Assembly (NCBI GenBank): GCA_964016885.1
Contig: OZ024744.1
Coordinates: 59,272,001-59,336,000, forward strand
Source: Eledone cirrhosa
Taxonomy: Eukaryota
Direction: 5' to 3'
DNA: 64,000 bases
Shown: one piece after another, positions 42,123-53,685 of the stretch
Numbering within the stretch: position 1 is the first letter of the stretch
How the letters are laid out: the number at the start of each line of letters is the position of its first letter
Translations under genes and position numbers: made by a program
The notes under the pieces: model-generated
The model's input: only the letters and a program-made list of their open reading frames with translations
Told to the model about the DNA's origin: nothing
Database searches by the model: none

Positions 42123-43105
42123 GGATTATCTTCGTGAACAGCTTGTACATGTGAGACAGCAGGCATATGGGTCAGTAGTTCTTCAGATCTTCTCTATCAC
42201 CCTTCTTGTATAGCAGGATCGTATTCGACTCTTTCCACTGCGAGGGTATTCTTCCCTTGTCCAGATAGTCTGTGAATCGCTCGGCGAGGATTTTCCAGAG
42301 CTGCTCTCCGCCTGACTTCAACACCTCTAATGTTATGCAGTCTTTCCCTGGCGCCTTTCCGCTTTTCATCAAGCCGACGGCTCTTTCGACCTCACTGACA
42401 AGGATGGGTGGCATATTTTCTTCCTGTTGGAGTGACGGCAACGGCTGCACATTCCCAGCAGACTTGAAAAGCTTGGTGTAGAAGTCTTCGCAAACCTTTT
42501 CCACCTCACTCTTGTTTCTGACCGGTACCCCAGCTGTGTTCTTCAGGGTCATCACCTCCGATCTGTACATTGCCATGTCCCTCTCGCATTTCTTGAGGAT
42601 CTTCTTTTCCTCTGCGGCCTTCAGGAACTTCTCCATCCGGTATGCCTCGGAGTCTCTCTTCAGTTGTTGACGTATCACTCTGCTGAGAAGGGAATATTTG
42701 AGGTGATCTTCAGGTATCCTCTTCATATTCTTCCTCTTCTCAAGCAACTTCATAGTTTCCTCCAAGACTCTTCCCTTCCGCTCCCTCAGGCACACACCCT
42801 TAGCCTTCCTCAAGCACTCCTTCAGTTTCCTTATCAGTGAGTCGTAGTCAGCATCTATGCCGTCTCCTTGACACCAGTTTTCCTGCATGATGGCTTCCTG
42901 CAGCTGCGCCTCGTTGAAGACCCGGACGCGTTCTCCCTTCGACGCCAAATCCTGAACAGGTTATCACGTCATCTGGATGAACAGCAACCGAGAGAGCAAG
43001 CCAGCTTCCGGAAGAACTACAGCACGATGGACCACATATTTACTCTGACATAAACTGCTTGAGCGAGCGAAAGAGTACAAGATGCCTCTTTGCATCGTGT
43101 TTGTT
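42122..43105. mobile_element. RTE-1-like LINE fragment with inverted 5' segment (family D)
   Basis: Minus strand 42122-42947 encodes ...KAPGKD...KKGDREDLKNY*PICLLSHMYKLFTKIIL. Plus strand 42948-43105 continues ILNRLSRHLDEQQPREQASFRKNYSTMDHIF...PLCIVFV. Confidence 0.88.
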
Positions 43106-43157
43106 CAATTTCTGTATATATTGTCAATTACGATTTTATTTGATCATATCTACATAT

Positions 43158-46100
43158 ATCATCATCATCATCATCACCGTTTTACGTCCGTTCTTCCACG
43201 CTAGCATGGGTTAGACGGGTTGTCCTGTTGTGGGCAGTGTCTGGTCGGCTGACCATGCCTTGCTCATACAGGAACTGATCTGGCTTGATTTCTACAGCTG
43301 GATGCCCTTCCTAACACCAACCTCATTTACAGTGAGTGCTGGGTGCTTTTTCGTGGCGCCTACACGTCCACTTTACAGTGTGGGCTGGGTGCTTTTTTGC
43401 CGTGGCACCTCCACGACCACCTTGCGGTGGGGGGGGGCGCATATTGTTTATATGCTTCAGCATGTACCCATGGGAGGTCGGGTACCCTGTATTACTGCGT
43501 GACGCCAGAAGTCACGGTCGTGTGTCATTGACTTTGAGAGGTGTAGTTGGGTAAGGTCGGCTTTTATCACCTCATCCCAAGTCATCTTGGGTCTCCCCAC
43601 TCCGCGGTTTCCATCAACTTCTAGTGCTCTGCACCTTTTTATGCAGCTGTCATCCTTCATACGCATCACATGTCCATACCAGCGTAACCGCCTCTCCTGC
43701 ACGCAGCATTTGATTCCTCTTATGCTCAGTCTCTCTCTCAATTCATTTATGCTTTGTCGTTCACGTATATTACTGTTACACATCCATCGGAGCATGCAGG
43801 CTTCGTTTCTCTCTAATCTACGTAAGTCTTCCACCTTCAGCGCCCAGGTCTCACTACCATGCAACATCGCTGTTCGGATACACGCATCATACAGTCTGCC
43901 TTTCATTCTGAGGGAGAAGCCTTTTGCAGCTAGCAGTGGTAGTAGTTCCCTAAACTTCTTCCATCCCGTTCTTACCCTAGTTATTGTACTTTCTGAGCAC
44001 CCACCTCCGTTGCTAATTCGGTCACCTAGGTAGCAGAAGCTGTCTACTGTTTCTACAGGGCCCTCCCAGAGATTGGTGGTACTTGTTTCCTGTGGCTGTT
44101 TGCTTGCTGTTTCAGCACAGCTGCTGCATGTGAATCCTACATTCTTAATTAAGCTTCCTGAGATCCCGCTACATCTCTTGTGTACCCATTGTTTGCATTT
44201 GGGGCAAAGAATGGAGTTCCTACCTACACCTTTCCTACATACTGAGCAAGGCCATTTCCCTGAGGGGATCTGGGTTCTGTTTTCTCGTCTACTTATAAGG
44301 ACCTTAGTCTTTGTCATGTTGACTTTGAGGCCCTTTCTCTCTAGTCCCTGCTTCCAGGTTTGGAATTTATTCTCTAGTTCTACCATAGATTCAGCTATGA
44401 GTGCGAGGTCATCAGCATACAGGAGTTCCCATGGGCATCCGGTCTTAAACTCCTCCGTTATTGCCTGCAGGACTATGATGAACAGGAGAGGGCTAAGAAC
44501 AGAGCCCTGGTGGACCCCAACCTGTACGCTAAATTCCTCGCTATACTCATTGCCAATCCTAACTTTGCTGACTGCTCCCCTATACATGGCTTGTACCGCT
44601 TTCACAAGCCATTCATCTACTCCTAGTTTTCTAAGAGCCCACCAGATTACTGCACGTGGAACTCTGTCAAAGGCTTTCTCAAGGTCGACAAATGCCAAGT
44701 AGAGTGGCTTACTTTTAGCTAGGTACTTTTCCTGTAATTGCCTCACAAGGAAGAGCGCATCAGTGGTGCCTTTCCCTGGAACAAACCCAAATTGCATCTC
44801 GTCTATATTCACCCGGTCCCTAATCAGCTGTGCTATAACTCTTTCTGTTACTTTCATGACCTGGTCCATCAACTTTATACCTCTATAGTTTCCTCTATCT
44901 AGTGCATCGCCTTTACCTTTGTAGCAGTTGACAATGATGCTACTGCACCAATCTTTTGGTATGGCCCCCTCTAGTATTACCTGGTTAACGATACGTGTGG
45001 TTATAGTGTGACCTACAGACCCAGATGCCTTCAGCATCTCGGCAGCTATACCCGATGGACCGGTTGCCTTCCCTATCTTCATATCTCTGATTGCCTTACT
45101 TACTACGCTGCCGCTGACTTGTACTGCTGGTCCCTCTATAGGGTCTACGTGGGGTAGGGTCTCTTCTTCCCATGCATTCTCCTCATTTAGTAATCTATCA
45201 TAATGACTCTTCCATGCATCTTTCTTCTCAGCACTTGTGAGGGCAAGCTCACCTTTATCATTCCGGATACACTTCTCTCCAATGACATCACAACTATCTC
45301 TGACACACTGCCTCGCAATCTTGAATACCTCCTGTTTCTGGTCCTCACGTTGTAAAACATGCTTGAATTTTCTATCCTCTGCTTCCCTCCTAGCTAAGTA
45401 TACTTGTCGCCTAGCTTCCCTCTTGGTCTCTATGTAATGTACCCTGCTCCCCCCGTTCTTCCATTCTTTCCATGCCTGTCTCTTGGCCTTGACTGCTTCA
45501 TCTACCTTATTGTTCCACCACCAAGTCACTCTCCTCCTGCTTGAGGTCTTACTCCAGCCACAAACCTCATCCGTCGCCTCTAGTAAGTTATTTTTTAGGA
45601 ACTCCCAGTTCTCTTCTACGTTAAATGTCTCTATCTGTTCTTCTTTACTGTCGTAGGCGTTGAGTAAAATATCTTTAAATCTGTTACTGGTTGAGGGGAC
45701 TTTCAGCTTCCAGATCTTTCTTCTCCAGGTTGGCCTCTGTTTCAGGGCTCGTCTAGTTCTGACCGTGAGGTCGCTGACAACTAAGCTATGTTGGGATGTA
45801 CATTCCTCACTAGGGAAGGCTTTTGTGTTTACGACCGTCCATCTGTCACGTCCTCTGATGAGGATAAAATCTAACTGACTAGAGTGCTCCCCTGATCTAT
45901 AGGTGATCAGGTGGTTGTCGGGTTTTTTAAAGTTTGTGTTACATATCGACATGTCATTGGCGTCGCAGAATTCTAGAAGTCTGAATCCTTCCTCATTCCT
46001 TGTGCCAACTCCATGGCCTTCATGTACTCTATTGAAGCCGTCGCAGTGTTTACCTACGTGTCCGTTAAAATCTCCTGCAATGATTAGGAAGTCCTTGTCG

Positions 46101-46920
46101 TCTGTTAGAGCAGTAGTGTGTATTAGGGACTCGTAAAACCTATCCTTAAGTTCGTCTGGCAGCCCCGATTGGGGTGCGTAAGCTGATATTATTGTGGTAA
46201 TTGTCTTATTCAGGACTAGTCTGAGTTTAATGATTCTTGCATTTACCCTGTACACTGAGATTACTTTATCTACCCACTTGTCAGCTAATAGTATACCTAC
46301 ACCACCCATCCCATCGTCATTTCCCACCCAGAAAAATTTGTAGCACTGGCTTTTTCCTACAAGGACTCTAGCAGACCCTCCTCTCCATCTAGTCTCTTGC
46401 ACACAGCATACATCAACTTCCTTTCGCTCTAGCATTTCTACGATTTCTCCTGCTCTTCCTTTCATTGAGCCTACATTGATGGTACCAACTCGGAGTTTTG
46501 GGCATTTGTCGACACTCGTAGGGGAGGGTCTCTGGGTTGGCGCTTCACGTGGGTGCTTGGTAGCTCGCAGATTCATATTTCATCTATTGATTCAGAGTTG
46601 CTCGTGTATTCCCAGCTCATCCATCCCTAACGGTGGGAAAATTGAGGGCTAGAAGGACAGTGGTGGTGGGGTAATGGCAGGGTGTGTTGGGATGCGCCAG
46701 AGGAGGAGAGAGTTAGTTAGGCAGGTAGTAGCAGCAGCAGCAGTGGAAATGGCATGCTAGGTTTGATTGGTCGAATAGACTATGGTGGTGTGTGGGGGTG
46801 GGGGGGAGGGAAATTGTGAGGTAGGAACTGAGGGTCGCATGGTAAATATCCAAGTTAATACTACATCAGTAAAATTAACAATAATAACGTCATGAAAAAA
46901 GCTACTAAGAGAAACCCTCG
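43158..46920 (-). mobile_element. Near full-length RTE-clade non-LTR retrotransposon (family A)
   Basis: The ORF above plus a 3' UTR of about 300 nt ending GGACGTAAAACGGT(GAT)n. A C-rich 5' region runs up to a (TA)n tract; the 5' boundary is approximate. Confidence 0.9.
43457..46576 (-). CDS. Intact RTE-clade LINE ORF (APE endonuclease, reverse transcriptase, PHD-like zinc finger), family A
   Basis: Uninterrupted 1039-aa ORF. APE motifs: NVGS, VQETRW, GDFNGH, SQLDFIL, SQH. RT motifs: QFGF, FVDLEKAFD, GVHQGSVLSP, YADD, FCYLG. C-terminal RRLRWYGHV and GRP motifs. Confidence 0.96.
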   Translation of the reverse strand: MNLRATKHPREAPTQRPSPTSVDKCPKLRVGTINVGSMKGRAGEIVEMLERKEVDVCCVQETRWRGGSARVLVGKSQCYKFFWVGNDDGMGGVGILLADKWVDKVISVYRVNARIIKLRLVLNKTITTIISAYAPQSGLPDELKDRFYESLIHTTALTDDKDFLIIAGDFNGHVGKHCDGFNRVHEGHGVGTRNEEGFRLLEFCDANDMSICNTNFKKPDNHLITYRSGEHSSQLDFILIRGRDRWTVVNTKAFPSEECTSQHSLVVSDLTVRTRRALKQRPTWRRKIWKLKVPSTSNRFKDILLNAYDSKEEQIETFNVEENWEFLKNNLLEATDEVCGWSKTSSRRRVTWWWNNKVDEAVKAKRQAWKEWKNGGSRVHYIETKREARRQVYLARREAEDRKFKHVLQREDQKQEVFKIARQCVRDSCDVIGEKCIRNDKGELALTSAEKKDAWKSHYDRLLNEENAWEEETLPHVDPIEGPAVQVSGSVVSKAIRDMKIGKATGPSGIAAEMLKASGSVGHTITTRIVNQVILEGAIPKDWCSSIIVNCYKGKGDALDRGNYRGIKLMDQVMKVTERVIAQLIRDRVNIDEMQFGFVPGKGTTDALFLVRQLQEKYLAKSKPLYLAFVDLEKAFDRVPRAVIWWALRKLGVDEWLVKAVQAMYRGAVSKVRIGNEYSEEFSVQVGVHQGSVLSPLLFIIVLQAITEEFKTGCPWELLYADDLALIAESMVELENKFQTWKQGLERKGLKVNMTKTKVLISRRENRTQIPSGKWPCSVCRKGVGRNSILCPKCKQWVHKRCSGISGSLIKNVGFTCSSCAETASKQPQETSTTNLWEGPVETVDSFCYLGDRISNGGGCSESTITRVRTGWKKFRELLPLLAAKGFSLRMKGRLYDACIRTAMLHGSETWALKVEDLRRLERNEACMLRWMCNSNIRERQSINELRERLSIRGIKCCVQERRLRWYGHVMRMKDDSCIKRCRALEVDGNRGVGRPKMTWDEVIKADLTQLHLSKSMTHDRDFWRHAVIQGTRPPMGTC

Positions 46921-46923
46921 AAA

Positions 46924-46975
<52 letters not shown>

Positions 46976-46999
46976 TAATATATATATAGATAATATATA

Positions 47000-47445
47000 C
47001 TAGCAGAATGGCCCAGCGTTGCTCGGGATTTGCTCTTGGGTTCTTATATATCTGTCCTTATCGAGCCTCGTGAAATAAATACGTTTGTTTATATTTTGAT
47101 ATTGTGTATGCAAAAATATCTGTACATGAATATATAATTATATATATATCTATATATCTAAAACAGAGAATATCTGTCTGTCTGTCTGTCTGTCCGCTCA
47201 CTAAAACTCGAGAACCACCCAACCGATTGTTTTCAAAGTTTACACACGTAATACTTATGGTCCTGTGAGTGTCTTGAGAAAATTTCAAATTTTCAATGCC
47301 CTAGGGACCGCATTAGGCGATTTAGCGATCTCTCTCTATAATTCTTAGTCTTTCTCTTTTTAGATAGATACATACATATAACGTCGCGCCCTTATAATAT
47401 CTGTCTGTATGTCTGGCTGTCTGCATTACGACATTATGATGTAAC
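47000..47445. mobile_element. Non-autonomous Helitron-like fragments (3' end on minus strand 47000-47135; 5' part on plus strand from 47149)
   Basis: The minus strand ends CCCGAGCAACGCTGGGCCATTCTG-CTAG|T (hairpin plus CTAG). The plus strand starts TCTATATATCTAAAA followed by (CTGT)n, as in non-autonomous Helitrons. Confidence 0.72.
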
Positions 47446-47509
47446 TGTGTGTGTGTGTATATATGTATATATAGTGTGTGTGTATATATATATATATATA
47501 TAGTGTGTG

Positions 47510-48332
47510 TCCTCTCTTGTGCTGGTGGCACAAATAAAAGCACCCAGTCCATGCTGTAAAGTGGCGCTGGTGTTAGGAAGGGCATCCAACCAGTGTATCA
47601 ATGCCAAAACGATTATCAGCACAGCAACAAGTAGATGTACAGGGAAATTACACAGTAGAAGTTGCATTGATAGACACATTTTTCAAATGCAGGCGGGTGC
47701 TATAGAAGTGGTGGATAGCTTCCGGTACCTAGATCAGATTAGCATGGGAGGGGGCTGTTCCAAGGCCATAGTATCTAGAATAAGGACGGGTTGGAAGAAG
47801 TTTAGGGAGCTGCTTCCTCTGCTGATGAAGAAGGGTTTCTCCCTGCGTACGAAAGGCCGGTTATATGATGCCTGTGTGAGGAGCGCGATGCTGCATGGTA
47901 GTGAGACATGGGCAGCAACTGAAGTGGATATGCGACGGCTGGAGAGAAATGAGGTAAGCATGCTCCGTTGGATGTGCAATGTCAATGTGCAAGAACGACC
48001 CAGCATGAATGTGTTGAAAGAGAAACTGTGTCTGAGAGGGATAGAATGTAGTGTGCGGGAGAGGAGACTGAGGTGGTATGGACATGTGATGCATAGGGAG
48101 GATGACCAATGGGTGAAGAAGTGCCAAGAAATGCCAGTTGAAGGAAGACGTAGTAGAGGAAGACTACGAAAAACATGGGCGGAGGTGGTGAGAACAGACC
48201 TCAGATTGCTGAAGCACACGGTGGAAATGACGAAGAACTGTGACAAGTGGAGAGATGCTGTGCTGAATAAGACACGTCCCACTCTTGCAAGCAGGGAAAA
48301 GCGGATGTAAAATGATGATGATGATGATGATG
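47510..48332 (+). mobile_element. Internally deleted (bipartite) derivative of RTE family C
   Basis: 47510-47630 matches the family C 5' UTR (about 55952-56072). 47631-48332 matches the family C 3' end (58459-59170). The junction is CAGCAACAA|GTAGATGTAC. Confidence 0.92.
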
Positions 48333-48679
48333 TGTAACGTTTTTCGAAATATTTACTTCTGCATTCACAGATTGATTTTTTTTAGTTTCAGAAGATCCCA
48401 TTAAGGGTGTAAGCAGCAATTCTTTGCTTAAACTTTAATCTGTTATTTTAATATATATATATAATTATATATTCGTTTACAGATATTTTTGCATACACAA
48501 TAACAAAATACAAACAAAAGTATTTATTTCCCGATAAAGTATTGATTTTCTTCGCACGGAAAAAAACCCTGGTAATCTACGACAAATTTTTTTTATAAGC
48601 GCAAAATGTAGACACCATCCCGAGGCCGAGGTATCTGTACTTCTCTGTACTGTTATATATATATATATATATAACAACA

Positions 48680-51600
48680 TTCCGTCTCCTACACCCCTCT
48701 CTGCCCCTCCAACCCATCCATCCCACCCTCCCAACTTCAGAGTTGGAACCATCAACATAAGCACATTGAAAGGTTGCTCAAATGAGGTTGTAGAGATGCT
48801 TGAACGTAAAGAAGTTGATGTTTGTTGTATTCTAGAGACTAGGTGGAGAGGAGGGGGGTCTGCCAGATTCATCGTGGGTAAAAAACGATGCTATAAACTT
48901 TTCTGGGTGGGAAATGACAACGGACTAGGTGGAGTAGGAATTATGTTAGCTGAAAAATGGGTAGTTAAGGTAATTGACGTAAATAGAGTGAATGACAGAA
49001 TAATTAAATTAAGACTAGTTCTAAATAGAACTACTGTGTCAATAATATCCGCTTATGCACCCCAATCTAGTCTACCTGGCGTTATAAAGGACAGGTTCTA
49101 TGAGATGCTAATGCACACTACCTCCCAAATAACCGACAGCGAGTACTTAATTATTGCTGGCGATCTAAACAGTCACGTGATGGCTATGATGGAATCCATG
49201 GAGGCTATGGGGTTGGAAATAGAAATGAGGGGGGCTTCAGAATCCTGGAATTCTATGACGCAAATAGCCTAACTATCTGTAACACAAACTTCAAAAAACG
49301 TGAAAACCACTTGATCACCTATAGATCAGGGAAACACACCAGCCAGATAAATTATATCCTTACTAGAAGACGAGACAAAGTGTCTGTTGTAAACACTAAA
49401 TCTCTCCCCCGTGAAAAATGCACCTCCCAACATAGCCTAGTAGTTAGTGACCTCATAGTCAGGAATAGACGTACTCGATGACAGAAGAGGCCTACCTTGA
49501 GGAGAAGAATATGGAAGTTGAAGGATCCCATGGCCAGTGACAAATTTAAAAGCTTATAACTTGATGCCTTTAACAATAAGGAAGAGCAATTAGAGACGTG
49601 CAATATAGAGGAACAGTGGCAATTCTTGAAAGTGAACCTGCTGAAAGCAACGGATGAAGTCTGTGGCTGGAGCAGACCTATTGGCAGGAGGAGAGTAAGT
49701 TGGAGGTGGAACAGTAAGGTGGAAGAGATAACCAAGGCCAAAAAGCAGGCTTGGAAAGTATGGCAGGATGGGAGAAGTAGAGAGCACTAGCAAGTGGCCA
49801 GGAGAGAAGCTAGGAGTCAAGTGTACCTTGCAAAAAGGGTAGCAGTGGATAGAAAGTTCAAGCATGTTCTACAACGTGAGGACCAAAAACATGAGGCGTT
49901 CAGGATTGCTAGACAATGTATCAAGGAAAACCGTGATATTGTCGGGGAGAAGTGTGTCCGTAATGATAACAGTGTACTTGCGTTCACTGATACTGATAAG
50001 AAGATAGCCTGGAAGTGTCACTATGAGAGACTATTAAATGAGGAGAATAAATGGGAAAAAGATAATCTGCCCCAAATCGATCCAATAGAAGGACCAGCGG
50101 TGCAAGTTAAAGGTAGTATAATAAGTAAGGCAATCAAAGATATGAAGACAGGCAAGGCAGCTGGGCCTTCAGAGATAGTTGCTGAGATGTTGAAGGCATC
50201 TGGTATGGTGGGACACACTACGGTCACCCGTATAGTTAACCAAGTAATACAGAATGGCGTCATACCGAAAGACTGGCGTAACAGCATCATCATTAACTGC
50301 TACAAGGGTAAAGGGGATGCTCTAGATAGGGGAAACTATAGAGACATTAAGTTAGTTGACCAGGTCATGAAGGTCACAGAAAGAGTTATAGCGCAACTAA
50401 TCAGAGTGCGAATTGATCTAGATGAAATGCAGTTGGGTTTGTGTCAGGTAAAAGTACCACAGACGCTCTTTTCCTTGTACGACAACTACAAGAGAAGTAC
50501 CTAGCTAAAAGTAAACCCCTATACTTAGCTTTTGTAGACCCGGAGAAAGCCTTTGACAGAGTCCCCCGCTCCATTATCTGGTGGGCTCTTAGAAAACTAG
50601 GTGTAGATGAATGGCTTGTGAGGGCTATACAAGCTATGTATAATGAAACAGTCAGTAAGGTTAGAATTAACAATGAATATTGTGAAGAATTTAGTGTAAA
50701 AGTTGGCGTTCATCAAGGTCTGTCCTTAGCCCCCTCCTATTTATTATTGCCCTTCAGGCTATAACAGAGGAGTTCAAGACCGGCTGCCCATAGAAACTCC
50801 TATACGCAGATGATCTAACGTTCATAGCTGAATCAATGGCTGAACTAGAGAAGCTATTCCAAACATGGAAGCATGGCCTAGAATCAAAAGGCCTTAAAGT
50901 TAACTTGTCTAAGACTAAAGTTCTAGTTTGTAGAAAGGAAAATAGGGCACAGGTGACCTCAGGGAAATGGCCATGCTCAGTGTGTAGGAAAGGAGTAGGC
51001 AGAAATTCCATTTTATGTCCCAAATGCAAAGTATGGGTACATAAAAGATGTAGTGGGATCACAGGTAAACTATCTAAGAACATAGACTTTATATGTGGCC
51101 GATGCTCAGGTGCAATAAGTAGCAAGTGTCCACAGGATACTAGCCCCTTCTATTGCCCAGATGGTTCTATAGAAATAGTAGACACTTTCCGTTACCTGGG
51201 TGACGAAATCAGCAATGGAGGAGGGTGTTCTGAAAGTACAGTAGCCAGAGTCAGAACGGAATGGAAAAAGTTCAGAGAGCTTACACCGCTATTGGCCACA
51301 AAAGGTTTCTCTCTAAAAATGAAAGGCAGATTGTATGATGCCTGTATACGAACAGCAATGCTACATGGCAGTGAGACATGGGCATTACGTGCAGAGGACC
51401 TGCGCAGACTGGAAAGGAACGAAGCATGCATGCTCCGTTGGATGTGTAATAGTAATATACGTGAACGGCAAAGCATAAATGAACTGAGTGAGAAGTTGGG
51501 AATAAGGGGGATCAGATGCTGTTTACTTGAGAGAAGACTACGTTGGTATGGCCACGTGATGCGCATGAAAGACGACAGCTGTATAAAAAAGTGCCGGGCG

Positions 51601-52144
51601 ATCAAAATTGATGGTATTTACGGAGTAGGTAAACCCAGAAAAACCTGGGACGATCTAATAAATTCAGACCTTACACACTTGCACCTCTCTAAGACAATGT
51701 CACTGGACCGAGATCTTTGGCGCTAAGCAGTAATACAGAAGACCCGCCTTGCCTAAGTACAAAGCGAAACCTACAGTGAGTAGGCACCTATTAACCAAAT
51801 ATACACCACAATTCACTACCCCTACCCTATCCTCCCACTCCCACCAACACCACCCTCTCTCTGTAAAGTTGGTACCACAACATCCAGTCCAAATAAATGA
51901 GATCCAGATCGTGTAGGTGTCACGACAAAAAACACAATCCATGCTGTAATGTGGCCGTGTAGGTAACATGGTAAAAAGTTCCCAGTTCCACACTGTAAAT
52001 GTGGTTGGTGTAGGAAGAGCATCCAGCCATAGAAAACCTGCCAGATAGTCCTATATGAGCGAGACACGGTCACCCGACCAACCTTGACTCGAATTGGGAC
52101 AACTCCCATCTAACCCATGCTAGCGTGGAAAATGGACGTTAAAC

Positions 52145-52176
<32 letters not shown>
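48680..52176 (+). pseudogene. Degraded near full-length RTE LINE (family B, related to A)
   Basis: Consecutive frameshifted ORFs 48766-49272 (APE), 49794-50504, 50441-50764 and 50836-51726 (RT, zinc finger, C-terminus) are homologous to family A. A 3' UTR and (GAT)n tail follow. Confidence 0.93.
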
Positions 52177-52177
<1 letters not shown>

Positions 52178-52179
52178 TT

Positions 52180-52550
52180 ATATATTCGTGTACAGATATT
52201 TTTGCATACACAATAACAAAATATAAACAAACGTATTTATTTCACGAGGCTCGATAAGGATAAATATAGAGCAAATCCCGAGCAACGCCAGGCCATTCTG
52301 CTAGTATATATTAAAATAATAGATTAAAGTTTAAGCAAAGAATCGCTGCTTTCACCCTTAACAGGATCTTCTGAATCTAAAAAAAAATCAATCTGTGAAC
52401 GCAGAAGTAAATATTTCGACAAACATTACAAACTTTATATATATATACACATACTGTATATACATATATACACACACATTTAGCGTCATAATGCCGTAGT
52501 GCAGACAGCCAGACATACAGACAGATATTATAAGGGCGCACCGTTATATC
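52180..52550 (+). mobile_element. Helitron-like 3' end (CTAG at 52301-52304) plus adjacent blocks shared in inverted orientation with 47380-47446 and 48335-48452
   Basis: CCCGAGCAACGCCAGGCCATTCTGCTAG|T, and direct reverse-complement matches to the named blocks. Confidence 0.72.
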
Positions 52551-52592
52551 TATATATAATATATATAATGTATATATATAAAATATATATAT

Positions 52593-52625
<33 letters not shown>

Positions 52626-53520
52626 ATATATATATAATATATATATATATATAATATATATATAATATATATATATATAATATATATATAATATATATAT
52701 ATATAATATATATATATTATATATATATAATATATATAATATAAATATATATATAATATATATATAATATAAATATATATATAATATATATATAAATATA
52801 TATATAAATATATATATAATATAAATATATATATAATATATATATAAATATATATATAAATATATATATAATATATATATAATATATATATATAATATAT
52901 ATATATAATATATATATAATATATATATATAATATATATATATAATATATATATATATAATATATAATATATATAATATATAATATATATATAATATATA
53001 TATAATATATATATATAAATATATATATATTATAAATATATATATATATATTATAAATATATATAATATATATAAATATATATATAAATATATATATAAA
53101 TATATATATAATATATATATAATATATATATATAATATATATATATAATATATATATAATATATATATATAATATATATATATAATATATATATATATAA
53201 TATATAATATATATAATATATAATATATATATAATATATATATAATATATATATATAAATATATATATATTATAAATATATATATATATATTATAAATAT
53301 ATATAATATATATAAATATATATATATATATTATAAATACATATATATTATAAATATATATATATATATTATAAATATATATAATATATATATAATATAT
53401 ATATATAATATATATATATATATATTATAATAATATATTATAATATAAATAATATATATATAATATATATATATTATAATATATTATAATATATATATAT
53501 ATATTATAATATATTATAAT
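52550..53520. repeat. Large imperfect (TA)n array
   Basis: About 1 kb composed almost only of A and T. Similar arrays lie at 41270-41557, 55036-55512 and 59172-59360. Confidence 0.97.
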
Positions 53521-53685
53521 ATCATCATCATCATCATCGTTTAACGTCCCTGTTCCACGCTTGCATGGGTTTGGACGGGGGTTTTCCCACTTGAGGCAAG
53601 AGTGGTTGTCTTGCTCGCATAGGACTGTCTGGCGGGTTTTCTACAGCTGGATGCCCTTCCTAACACCAACCACATTTACAGTATA
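53521..53685 (-). mobile_element. RTE 3' tail fragment (family B type)
   Basis: (CAT)n tail, GTTTAACGTCC and CTGGATGCCCTTCCTAACACC motifs; similar to the reverse complement of 40825-40980. Confidence 0.8.

Noticed and set aside
43587-46136. Plus-strand ORFs antisense to the RTE ORF, and similar antisense ORFs over other RTE copies
   Set aside because: These are shadow ORFs of the coding strand with no independent motifs.
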